NCBI RefSeq assembly: GCF_009914755.1
Contig: NC_060929.1
Length of the DNA: 64,000 bases
Direction: 5' to 3' (one strand)
DNA from: the human T2T-CHM13v2.0 reference genome, Homo sapiens
Of the stretch, positions 1-11,999 are shown piece by piece (the stretch's first letter is position 1; each line of letters starts with the position of its first letter). The notes under the pieces were generated by a model, which was not told the origin of the DNA, did not search any database, and worked only from the letters and a program-made list of their open reading frames with translations. A program made the translations under genes and the position numbers.

Positions 1-9
1 GGCATAAAA

Positions 10-590
10 ATCTAATCCCATTTGCATGGCATGAAAAGTTCTTCTCACTCTGATTTTGGCCTATTTATTCAGGGTTATCTCTTGCCACTTCCTTGCTCAG
101 ACTTTACTCCCCTGAAATACTGAACCATTTGTAGCATCATGAATGATTCAGGTTCTATATGTTTGCACCTTTATTATACACTACTCCCTCTATGGCGGTG
201 TTCTCCTCTGACTCTTTCCCCTTTGTCAAAATACCTCAAACACCTTTCATTGCCAGCTCAGTCATTATCTTCTTCATAAAACCTTCTCTCACTCTTGCAG
301 GTAGGGATAGATAATCCTTTTCCTGTTTCTCTGTTTTTTGTACATACATTTATTATAGCAGCTATAGAAATATCTCTTTCAGATATTATCGAAACTAATT
401 GATTGGAAGTCAATGGTACTGTTTATACTAAAAGAGTATCATACTGTATTCTCTCTGTTTGCATGGTTATCTCCTTAAGAAACTGACTGCTTTGACAATG
501 GGACATAGAATCTTCATCTCTGTAACCCCAGAGCCTAATATAATCACAGGGGCCCACTAGCTCTCAGTTAACATTTATTAAATTAATGAA
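10..590 (+). mobile_element. L2 LINE 3' portion, highly diverged
   Basis: Ends in a degenerate L2 3' terminus (tcttcatctctgtaaccccagagccta...acatttattaaattaatgaa). Edges approximate. Confidence 0.6.
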
Positions 591-1006
591 ACCTTGTATT
601 ATCTGTATCAGTCATGCAATCCATAATGATCAATAATATCATAGTTGTTACCCTCCACTTCCCACTGCCAACATATCCATAAACAAAATGAGAATAATTC
701 AACCTATTTTGTAGTGTAGTTAAATTTTTTTAAATGAACTAGATTTAGGTATGCCTATTTGTACATAAAGATAGGGCTACTGGCACAGTTATGAACCAAC
801 TGAATTATATCTTGGTATATCACAACGATTAATATTGATGTAAAGATAGTAAGACAAAAAAACATTTCAGGTCAGATTTAAGATTTTACATGAAATTATC
901 ACTGGTGGAAAACCAACAGATTCCATATCAGATGGATCCCAGGAGAAATGTGGGACTGACACAATGTGGAATAAGAATTACAGAGTTTACAAAATCAGTG
1001 TCAGCA

Positions 1007-1066
1007 ATATGCGTGTGTGTGTGTGCACGCACACGTGTGCGTGTGTGCATATACACACACATACAC
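1007..1066. repeat. (TG)n/(CA)n alternating purine-pyrimidine microsatellite
   Basis: atatgcgtgtgtgtgtgtgcacgcacacgtgtgcgtgtgtgcatatacacacacatacac. Confidence 0.9.
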
Positions 1067-2027
1067 CAAGCTTCAGGCCATTTCTGTATTTTAAAAATAA
1101 TTTTGACTAAGCTGTTTTAAAAAGACAATCTGTTAAGTTTATGCATCCTAGCTCAGCTGAATTACATCCGAGGGCAATGAGAAAAATTGCTGGCAAGATC
1201 ACCAGACACTGTTGGAAGACTATTTTAGATCGTTATTTGGAAGCTGTTTGTACACAGGCACATAACAGCTGCACTCCACTTCAATCCAATTCGGGTCCTT
1301 GCAATTTACTCTAGGATGTGACAATCCCCAGTAAACTACATGAGAAGAGAACAATGCAATCATTATTTACCCAAACTGTAATGCATTCCTTATTCCAGGA
1401 GTGGAATTAAATAAATAACTGAATGGAAGGGTTCATGTGTGAAGGATTGAAGTGCCTGCACATGCAACTTTTATTTAAGGTTTGTGGTAGAATGATGCAG
1501 AAAATGATTTTAATATTGAAGAATTTGAATACTAGTGGAGTTTTTTTTTAAAGCATGAAGATTAAAACCACTTAATTCCTGAGTATTTATTAATGTCATA
1601 TAACTCTGGATAACATACCAAAAAACATACAGGAAGGAGAAACAGCTAAGTGATAGACAAGAGAGAGAAAATTCACCTTAAACAACTCGAGCATTTCCTC
1701 TAGGAAAGAAGAAAGACCGAAAGAAGGAAGGAATCCAGAACTTGTATAATACCCTATACAACCCACTTACAGGGTGTTGGCTACCTCCTGGCCAGGAGGG
1801 CAACCGACAAGCCCTTGCCAACCCTAAAGGCAGAGGCAGCATGGCTCACCAGGAGCATACACTTGGAACTCAAAAGTTCCGGGATTTTGAAATTCACTTG
1901 TATTATTACCAGCTGAGACAATCTGATCAAAATAATCTTTTCGGTCCCATTTCTACGTATGAAAATTAGCTTTGAAATATGATAATGCCTTGCAAGGTAA
2001 AATAATATATTTTCTGTTCAATAAATG

Positions 2028-2152
2028 TTTTTTTTTAATCTTTCAAGCTTTTATTTAAATGCCATGATCCAGGATAGATTTTAGATCTTGTTGAAAGCAG
2101 CCACATCCATGGACTGCACACAGTCCTCAAAAGCAGTGAACTGCTCCTCCAA
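2028..2152 (-). pseudogene. EEF1B2: 5'-truncated processed pseudogene stub of translation elongation factor 1-beta
   Basis: Minus strand reads [23 protein letters not shown] (stop 2081-2083), matching the recalled EEF1B2 C-terminus [23 protein letters not shown]. It is followed by a short 3'UTR, AATAAA (2050-2055) and poly(A). TSD caataaatgtttt at 2019-2031 and 2153-2165. Confidence 0.92.
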
Positions 2153-2665
2153 CAATAAATGTTTTTCTAAGTGCTGCTCAATAAACTACACCTTTCCTTT
2201 TTCTCAGAGCCGCAGAAAAAAAAAATGGTACATATGAAGCAAAAACTACCTCCAGTTGCAAACTTTATTTTCTGAACTCTTCAAAGATTGTTGTCAGTGA
2301 TTTTTAGATGCATCGGATATTTGTAGTTCTAGGAATCCTGCAAGTAAAACTAAGTCTTAATTAAGACCTCTAATGAATGTAAGACTCACTGTAGAAAGAG
2401 TGCAACTAAGTTTCATGCCCTAAGAAGGCTGTTTGGAAATATTTCTTTGTATTCAGGGAGTCAGATAAAGTTAGGTAACTGTAGGTTTGAATATTTCAAT
2501 GCAAGTGAATAATATGATTTTTAAAAATGATAGCACTCATAACCCACATTGCTCAGGCCATATTGGCCTGAGGGAACAATTAAAACAATTCGTCAAGTAA
2601 TAGTATGGACAACGTTCAACAGCAAAACAGATGAAACCCTAGCCGACAGGTCATTTCTTTATTAG

Positions 2666-3240
2666 TTCATTCATTCAACAAATGCTGAGCCAAGCACTCT
2701 CCCAGGCACTAGAGGTAGGATGGTGAGCAAGAGTAGACTAAATCTTTTATGAAGGAGAGAAATCTGGCAAATAACAAAGAAAACTTACCTAGATTTGAGA
2801 AAGGGGGAGAATTGCAAGCAAGACAAGTGTCCCCATGAAAGGACACTTGAGCTGACTTATGATGAGTCAACTGTTAACCAAATAATAGTAGGGAAGGCTC
2901 AGAAAGAGCCTTAAGGACTCTTCTCAAGGTGTGGAGAACAAATGATGGGGGTGGGGGAGGCAAAGCTAGATGAATTAGACTATTGTGGTAAATGGCAAAA
3001 ATCTAAGTACATTGTAAAGACTTTTAGCCACCCTTCCCTCTCTGGAAGCCAGGAAAAATACTTTCTTTCCCAGAGAAACTTGTCCTCTGTAGTGGAGATG
3101 AAAGGATGTGGATTAATTGAATATTTGGAAGATAACATTGATAGGACATAGGAATAGACTGGATATGAATACCAGGCAAAGAGTAGTCAAGAGTTTGTAT
3201 AGCTGGACAAATGAGAATGCTATTTGTTTAGGAAACACTA
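2666..3240 (-). mobile_element. L2 LINE fragment
   Basis: Begins ttcattcattcaacaaatgctgagc (reverse of the L2 3' end), followed by purine-rich L2-like body. Right edge uncertain. Confidence 0.55.
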
Positions 3241-3264
3241 AAGATGTTTTCTTATAAATGAAAT

Positions 3265-3496
3265 AGGTAATATATTCTGAACATTTTCTATGCAATAAGC
3301 ACTGTTCTAAAAGCTACACACATTTTATGCAGTTTGTTCTTTATAGAAATTCTGTGATGTAGGTACTATCTTATAGACAAGGAACTGATGCAAAGAAAGA
3401 TTAAGCAACATGTCCACTTTTACACAGATTTTAAATAGTGGATGCAGGTATTGAGTCCAGAGTCCATGCTTTTAGCCACTGTGCTATGCTGTCTCC
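3265..3496 (-). mobile_element. MIR SINE
   Basis: Core atagacaaggaactgatgcaaagaaagattaagcaacatgtcc and 5' end agtccatgcttttagccactgtgctatgctgt. Confidence 0.8.
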
Positions 3497-3792
3497 CACT
3501 CAGAAATGGCCTCCACTGTCATGCCACCAAATCTGTTTCACTTGAGTTGCTCAAACAAAAGGAAGTTTCTCTTTCTGGCTTTCACTCTTGTAATCACCTC
3601 TGATGTTCACAATAGCTTCCCAGTAGCTAAATTGCTGTCAATGCTCCAGGCCAAAAAATATTCCTGTCTCTGTGTTAATTTTCCCTCTCTGGGCCATAAA
3701 TTATCACTGTAACACAAAGTTAATAAAGGCAGAGATGAGGATTTCAATTTGCATTCCTATTGGTCAAATACAAGTTCATGGACAAAATGAAT

Positions 3793-4211
3793 TGTCTTAG
3801 TCTGCTAAGGCTGCCATAATAAAATACCATAGAATGAGTGGTTTAAACTACACACATTTATTGTTCTTAACAGCCCCAGAGGCTATATGCCTGAGAGCAG
3901 GATGCCACCATGATTGGTCTCTGGAGAGGACTCTCTTCCTAGCTTGCAGAAGGCTGCCTTCTGACTATATAATCACATGGAGAGAGAGAAAGAGGGGAAG
4001 AATTATGGGGAGGGGAAAGAAAGAGGAAAAGCAGGGAAGGAGGACAGGGGGATCTCCTTACTCTTGTAAGATCATCAGTCCTGTCAGATTAGGACCTCAT
4101 CCTATGTCCTTACTTAACCTTAATTATCTCCTAAAAGCCCTATCTCCAAACACATTAGGGGTTAGAGCTTCAATATATGAATTGGAGGGGGATGCAATTC
4201 AGTCCACAACA
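3793..4211 (-). mobile_element. MaLR solo LTR (MLT1A/MLT1B-like)
   Basis: tgtcttagtctgctaaggctgccataataaaatacc ... gcaattcagtccacaaca with TG..CA ends and 5-bp TSD tgaat/tggat. Confidence 0.88.
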
Positions 4212-5284
4212 TGGATCCAGGGGTCTTCTTTAAAAAAAAAGAATGGAAGATTAGTTCAAATTCACTCACAGGCCCCTGAAACTTCTATTTCTCCATCATT
4301 ACAGTAATTTTGCCTTTGTTTGGAGGGAGCAGTTCATTAGACTTTTGTTTAGATCTAAATTGGGTTGGAGGTGGAGTGAAGGTGCAGGGAACTCACTGAG
4401 AAAAAAAAAAGACTTTGGAAGCAAATCTTATTTCAGTGAATTTGACTGAATACAGCAGAGTGCATCCCTGCAGGAAGTGGTGAAAATTGACTGCTCTGGT
4501 GGCTTTGGAAACCCCAAACCCTCAATCACAATCACAGTGATGGTCATCAATGTCTATGTCAAACACTAGAAGATAAGAGGACTTGTTCAATATGGTAGGT
4601 GCAAGACCTCCCAGGGACTCAAGGAATAAGTAGAACAGGATTTAAAGGAGTTGGAAAGCCCAAGAAAGCAGGTGGTGATATCTTCTAGAGAAATCACCAA
4701 GACTATGATTCCCCATACCCCTTTCCCAGGCTGGTGTAGCCTGGGAACACATAAATTATATCACCTGTAACTTCACCCTGGTTGGCATGACTCTAATTTT
4801 AATAGTCAAATATATACTCAAATATTCTTCTTCTACTTATGTTAAACTCTAAGAGCTGGCCCCAAACAGAATATCCACATATTCTCTCTTTTCTTTGTTT
4901 TTTTAGTAATATAACTCTAAGTACATCCCCTCTGCTAGGATAACCAATCATTGCAGTTTTTCCAAAACTGAGGGTTTTGAGGGGAGCAGTCCTTTCAGTG
5001 CGAAAACCTGCATAGTCTGGGCAAATCAAGACACTTAGTCATGCCAAGTCTAGCTCCTACTCTAAGAAAGTAGGAGACTCTTGCTAGCGTAGGACCAGAG
5101 AATATACTGCTCCTATGCCCCCCAAAACAGAGTGCCTGAATCCAGTAAAAATCATTCTGATTTCACCCAGTGAGATCTTTCTTCTTCCTTAGACCTCTGA
5201 AAGATAAAGAAATTCACTATTTGATGTGGCTTAGAACTCTGATCCCTGGTGTTATTTACAAAAACAGGTAATTTGCTGATTTGG

Positions 5285-5400
5285 ATTTTTTAAAGAAATT
5301 GCATTAGAATATTTTTTATTTTAATTACTGAGTTTTGGGTGCCCCCTTAAATTTTACACTTGGAGCAAAGGCCTTACTCACTTCACCCTATTCTGACTTT
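5285..5400. mobile_element. hAT-type DNA transposon end fragment (subfamily uncertain)
   Basis: ttactgagttttgggtgcccccttaaattttacac...cttactcacttcacccta resembles a recalled hAT-Tip100-like terminal sequence. Confidence 0.45.
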
Positions 5401-5694
5401 ACCAATAAGTAACTGGCTCCAAGTGATTCCTGGTGGCCAGTCACCAGCCTCTGATGGTTCAGTCCTCCTTGCTCCCATCAAGTGCATCAAACTCTCTGTC
5501 AGACTAAACTGAGGTCCCTCCAGCCTGCCACGTGTACCCTGTGATACCCAAATCTGCTGTAGTTTCACAATGATAAGCTTATGTTCTGGTACTTTTGCTA
5601 TGCTTATGTTAAAATCAAATGATAGTGATTTGATTCTTGAAAAATAAATGTACAGTATATGCTTTTAATTCCTGCAGAGATACACTATCTGAAG

Positions 5695-5925
5695 CAGAAC
5701 ACAGCATGGTGTTAGAAAGCACAGCTCTTGAAAGCAAATTAGGTCTCTGTCATTAACAACCACACTATGATGAGCAAGTTAATTAACTTTAATGAAGCTC
5801 AGTTCTATCCACTGTAAAATAAAGATAACACCTACCTTATAGAGTTGTCTGTGAAGATTATATAAATTAGCATAAATAAAGTGTATATCAGGCTAGCTGG
5901 CAGGAAAGTATGCTGTGAATGCTAA
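5695..5925 (+). mobile_element. MIR SINE
   Basis: Core gagcaagttaattaactttaatgaagctcagttctatccactgtaaaataaagataa. Confidence 0.8.
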
Positions 5926-6177
5926 TTCTCTTTCTTCACCTTTCCTGCCTGGTCTCCTCGCCACTTCTCACCAAAATCATTTTTGCAATTTTAGTATTTG
6001 TGGATCTAGAATTTTGTCTTGACAAGTGCACTGGACATATTTTCAAACGTTTTGGAAAAAAATAATTATTCTGTCATTGTACTATTAGGTTCAAAGTATA
6101 GTTTGTTTTGTATTCTCTTGAACTGTTTGTGGTGTAAAAAGTAAATAATCAGGCTAGAGAGTTCTCAAGTCCAATAT

Positions 6178-6180
<3 letters not shown>

Positions 6181-6211
<31 letters not shown>

Positions 6212-6478
6212 ACAGAGTCTCGCTCTGTAGCCCAGGCTGGAGTGCAGTGGCGTGATCTCGCTCGCTGCTACCTCCACCTTCCAGCAATTCTCCTGCCTCA
6301 GCCTCCCGAGTAGCTGGGATTACAGGCACACAACACCATGCCCAACTAATTTTTGTATTTTTAGTAGAGACAGAGTTTCAACATGTTGCCAGGCTGGTCT
6401 TTAACTCCTGACCTCGTGGTCCACCCACCTCAGCCTCGCAAAGTGCTGGGATTACAAGCATGAGCCACCGTGCCCGGC
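6181..6478 (-). mobile_element. AluS SINE, full length
   Basis: T30 tail, both arms, ends gcccggcc. TSD ccaatatgac(ttt). Confidence 0.97.
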
Positions 6479-7389
6479 CCCAATATGACTTTAAAAATAT
6501 ATATTTATTGAGCACAGTGGTTTTTCTTTTCAGATTCCCTGAATAATACTGGAACTCTACTTGAGATTTCTAAATTTTAAAGTTAGTAGAGGATGCTGCT
6601 GTGTTCAGCACTCTCGCATGACAGTGACCCTGAGGCAAAAGAACTTCCTCCCAGACTCTCTCACCTGCCCCTGTGCTTGCTGCTTAAACAGGTATTGTTC
6701 CCATATTTATTTCTCTGTAAGTTAAGACCTTTCCATCATTACCACGTGGGGGAAAAATCACTGACAGAATAAGCTAAAGTACTTTCCAATATGAAAAAAC
6801 AACTCGATTTAGAAGGTTCATGATAAAGTAGAAGTAAATTATGAAGACTGCTTCTCTGGCTACTACTTTATTCAGACTATAAGGAGATAAGATTTTTTTT
6901 AACCTTGTTTTGTGCTAAAACATCTTAAAGAATGCTAGCCCTTAAAACAGACTATCATCTATCATCTATCAATAATGTCTATATTTCAGTGGGAAATACA
7001 TTCAGAATCTAGTTTGTTCATTGTGATTCATTCCTTAATTAAATGCTATTATCTTTCCAACAACTAATGAAATATGCCCCAAGGCCTGGTGCCATCAGAT
7101 GCATTTTAGAAAATTACTATTTTATACGAGCACAATTATGCCTATTTTAATTGATGGAGCTGACATTAAATCATCAGAAAAAAAATAGCTCTTTCAAAGG
7201 AACTAGTGAAAATGATGTTTGCATTATATTTCTTCAAAAAGTTATAATGTCATCAATTTTCAAATAATATTTTTTTAGTGACATTCATAAGAGACTCAGT
7301 TTCCTTCTCTGACCTTGATTTAATCATGTCAGGACAATCTGAGGCATGTCCTCCATGGTTGCACAAGATTTTGTCAAGTGGACAAGAGG

Positions 7390-7558
7390 TTGGGGCTAGA
7401 AGAAATCTTAGAGATCATCTAGTCCAACACCTCACTGAACAGAGAGTGAAAGTTTTAAAGATTCCCTAAAGGCCAAAAAGCCAGGATGAGGAAGATCCAG
7501 AGTTAGAGCCCAGGTTTCCTTGTTTCCAGACTAATGCTTATCCCACCTGTCATACTAC
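7390..7558 (-). mobile_element. MIR3/MIR fragment
   Basis: cttagagatcatctagtccaac ... agagcccaggtttccttgtttccagactaatgct. Confidence 0.6.
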
Positions 7559-8089
7559 ATGATCATTGCACTGGTCTCCCAAATCTTTCTGTTCACAAAC
7601 TAATTTATATAAGGAGAATGAGCACATCATGGTCCCCTTCAGAAAAAGTGATAGCTTCAAAGTGGAAAGCTTAAAGAAATGAATTCTAATAAATTAGACA
7701 ATGTGAGATACAAACATTTGTCGAAATCCCAGACAAGAAGAGAAGCTCTTTTCTCTTTTTCTTGTCCTCTTTAAGAAACAAAAGAAAAATATATCCAAAT
7801 TCTAAATGTCTTGAGTTTCAGGAAAAATGCTCTATTAATGAGTCAGACTTTCAAAATAATGTTAGCAAAGGAAGTGACCGTCAATGCGTGGGTGAGGCTT
7901 TTTTTTTAGAAGTCACACCAAAAACATAGCTCTATATGTGCAGTTCTGAAACATTCTCTCCCTGTCTATTCAGAGCTTCCTCGAATGTGCAGGCTGCCAT
8001 GGACTAATTTAGCTTCATTTTGCTTTCTGCCCTCTTATTTCATGTATTCTGAGGTTCAGCCCAGGAGCGCTATTATTTTCTTTCAGTAG

Positions 8090-8400
8090 TCCATGTACCC
8101 TAACACTTCTGAGACTTTGATGTTGCTCTTTCATTTGCCTGGAATGTCACTTTAATCCTTCTTCTCCACTTGACAAAATCTTGTGCATCCTTCAAATGCC
8201 TGATTTACTACCACCTCCTCCTTAAAGCCTTTGCCAATCTCCTAATTTATAATTAGTGACTACATGCTATAGCACTTTTGTTGCGTCTCTTATAGAAATT
8301 AATCCAGTATACCTCATTCTGTAGAACTCTTGACTGTCTTCTCTGCTGTTATTCAGATCTAATTGAGGCCTAGGAAAATATCTGATTTTTATATGTGCTG
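8090..8400 (+). mobile_element. L2 fragment
   Basis: tgctctttcatttgcctggaatgtc...catccttcaaatgcc...ccacctcctccttaaagcctt is typical of the L2 3' region. Confidence 0.6.
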
Positions 8401-8475
8401 GGGGCATGTTAAGTATCAGGAATTCCAGAGTAAACACGAAATAGCCTTTGTTTCAAGAAGCTGTCTCTAGCAGGC

Positions 8476-8958
8476 AACCTTAGATTGTATTCCCCTGTCG
8501 AAAGCAGACTGTGACACAGGATTTGGATATAAGTGTTTGGGAAGTGAGGAGTGAGGAAGTGACATAGTAAAGGAAGGAAAGTTGAAAAGGGTACATTAAT
8601 CAGAAGCAGGCTTCTGCTATGGGCAACTGGGCCCAGTACTGCTGAGGACCCACTGAGAAACTATGGCGGACATGCCTCAGATTGTCCTTCTGAGATGAGG
8701 AAGCTGGGCCATAAATCCCTCAATTCTGCCCTCCTAGTTTGAAGGTTGCTCCTGAGAGGATTAATACAAATCACTTCTGGCCTGTCCTATACTCAGGCCA
8801 AGCATTTCTCCAAGTATCCAGAGAAGACCCTGAGGCAAAGACACAGGTCCTTGAGGCAGAAAGCTGTTGGCAAGTACTGCAACTGCCCACCCCAGCCACA
8901 GCTGACCTTCAGGGTGGGCCAGGAGGCTATAGGCAAAGCAGCAAGGATGCTGGCTACA
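8476..8958 (-). mobile_element. ERVL solo LTR (LTR16C-like)
   Basis: aagcagactgtgacacaggatttgg, tgggcaactggg, gaggaagctggg and gaagaccctgaggca motifs; ends gctaca. Confidence 0.75.
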
Positions 8959-9119
8959 AGGCCTTACACACTGACTGTTGAGTTTATTTAAACTAACTAA
9001 ATTTAGTTTAAATAAACCTAGTTGCTACTCTTAACAAAATGTAAATTCTGAGAAAGTACTGAATTTATCCTTTTCTAAGGAATCTGAGGAGGTTTTTTTA
9101 GTATATTTTCCTTACTAAA

Positions 9120-9135
9120 CTCTCTCTCTCTATCA

Positions 9136-9171
<36 letters not shown>

Positions 9172-9189
9172 TTTATATATATATATAAA

Positions 9190-9222
<33 letters not shown>
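9120..9222. repeat. Compound (CT)n(TA)n(CA)n microsatellite with a 24-bp perfect AT palindrome
   Basis: Seen directly; tattttatatatatatataaaata at 9169-9192 is its own reverse complement. Confidence 0.95.
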
Positions 9223-9229
<7 letters not shown>

Positions 9230-9293
9230 GTTTTCTGTGAAATACTCAGTCAAGAAAAGATTTTGCTTTCTTGAGGAAATTAGATTTTCCTAA

Positions 9294-9729
<436 letters not shown>

Positions 9730-9860
9730 TAAAAACATTCTAAAATACACAAGAAAAAATGAAAAATCAGCTAATTCATTGGTCCCACCAAATACTGACC
9801 CAGAAATATAACATAGAACCATCCTGTTTGTAGTCCTAAGCATTTGTCCTAATAAGATTA

Positions 9861-10162
<302 letters not shown>

Positions 10163-11033
10163 TGACTACTACCTATTACCTCAACTGTTAGATTATTGAT
10201 AAACTTGCTGTGTTATTAAAGGACATGCTTATTAAGTGTCATTTGGTTTTGGTTTTCATAATATATGCAGTTCCAACCTTTTATTTTTGCAGACTTAAAT
10301 TTCTTAAACAGAATTTGCAGCCTGGAGAAAATATTGCTTATAGTGAAGCTATGTAGAGTTTTTAAAAATATTCATTATTGGTTTCTAATTACCCTGTATT
10401 ATGGTAACAGAGCATAGTCTGTCTTATATTAATATTTAGAACATTTGGAGGCTTCATCCCTGGCCTGGTATATAATTTTTGTGAATATTACATAGATTCT
10501 CAAAAACAGTTTTCTTGTCTCAGGTTTTTGAGGAATATGTGCTACCTTCTTCAGACTGAAATCTTGAATTCTAGGTGACATATCACACTATCACCTTGCA
10601 TATAAACTTATTAATGAAATACTTCAGTGGTGTTCTATAACTTTACTAGTTTGGTCAATTACAATGCCCTGAGAAAAACTATACTTAGAATCCTCTCTTC
10701 TACTCATTACAAACTTGAAAGTATAAACTTCTCTAAATGTCATCCTAAGCCTGTTGAGACAAAGATTTTGCCAGAAGGACTGAAGAATAAAGGAAATGTA
10801 CATCCAGAATATATAGATAGATATACATTCCCTACAATTTCAGTGCACCATATGGAGAACATGGAGTACATGCTCTGTTGGAAGGATCCTTCTGAGAAAA
10901 CATACTGCTCGAAATAGAACACAAATTCACAAAGCATTCCTCAGCATTTCTCGTAAGACCAACTGTATTTTTCCTAAAGTCCTCAAGCTCCCTTAAAGTT
11001 TATAGTGAACACAGTCTTAATAAATAAAGTTGC

Positions 11034-11364
<331 letters not shown>

Positions 11365-11490
11365 TTAGTTCTAGCATCTTCTAGTGATCATCAAAAGGGG
11401 ATGATACAAAAACTATTTGGAAAATAATCTGTAACCAAAGCATGCAAACTGTTAAAATGTTGCAATTTTAGTAGTTTTCAATATATTTTC

Positions 11491-11572
11491 CTTGAACTCC
11501 TGGCTTCAAGCCAATCTTCCATCTTGGCCTCCCAAAGTGCTGAGATTACAGGCATAGCCACCATGCCTGACC
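11491..11572 (-). mobile_element. Alu/FLAM 5' remnant
   Basis: cttgaactcctggcttcaag...ggcctcccaaagtgctgagattacaggcatagccaccatgcctgacc. Confidence 0.85.
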
Positions 11573-11999
11573 TTCCAATAGATTTTTCAATACATCCTCT
11601 GAGGAACGGAGAGCTTACAAATCCAGAAATATTCCTATTACTATATGAAAAAAAAATTAAGGAAGAATAGTTAAAGGAAACAAACTCATATCCTAGTAAA
11701 AAACATCTTTTGTGATACTACTAAAAGGAGAGCTAAATAGTAAGGTGAAATGTAGAGACCACATGTGGATTATGAACAAGATTCTTTTTGTTTTTATTAT
11801 TCTTTAAGTTCTGGGGTACATGTGCAGAATGTGCAGTTTTGTTAAATAGGTATACACGTGCCATGGTGGTTTGCTGCACCCATCAACCTGTCATCTACAT
11901 TAGGTATTTCTCCTAATGCTATCCCACCACTAGCCCCCCACCACATGACAGGCCATGGTGTGTGATGTTCCCCTCCCTGTGTCCATGTATTCTCATTGT

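Noticed and set aside
3834-4307. 157-aa ORF
   Set aside because: Lies almost entirely within an MLT1 LTR; no recognisable protein.
6534-6691. Possible plus-strand exon (tttttcttttcag| ... cag|gtatt), and similar candidates at 4437-4594 and 10844-10952
   Set aside because: Such splice-like pairs are common by chance; no recognisable coding content and no way to confirm from sequence alone.
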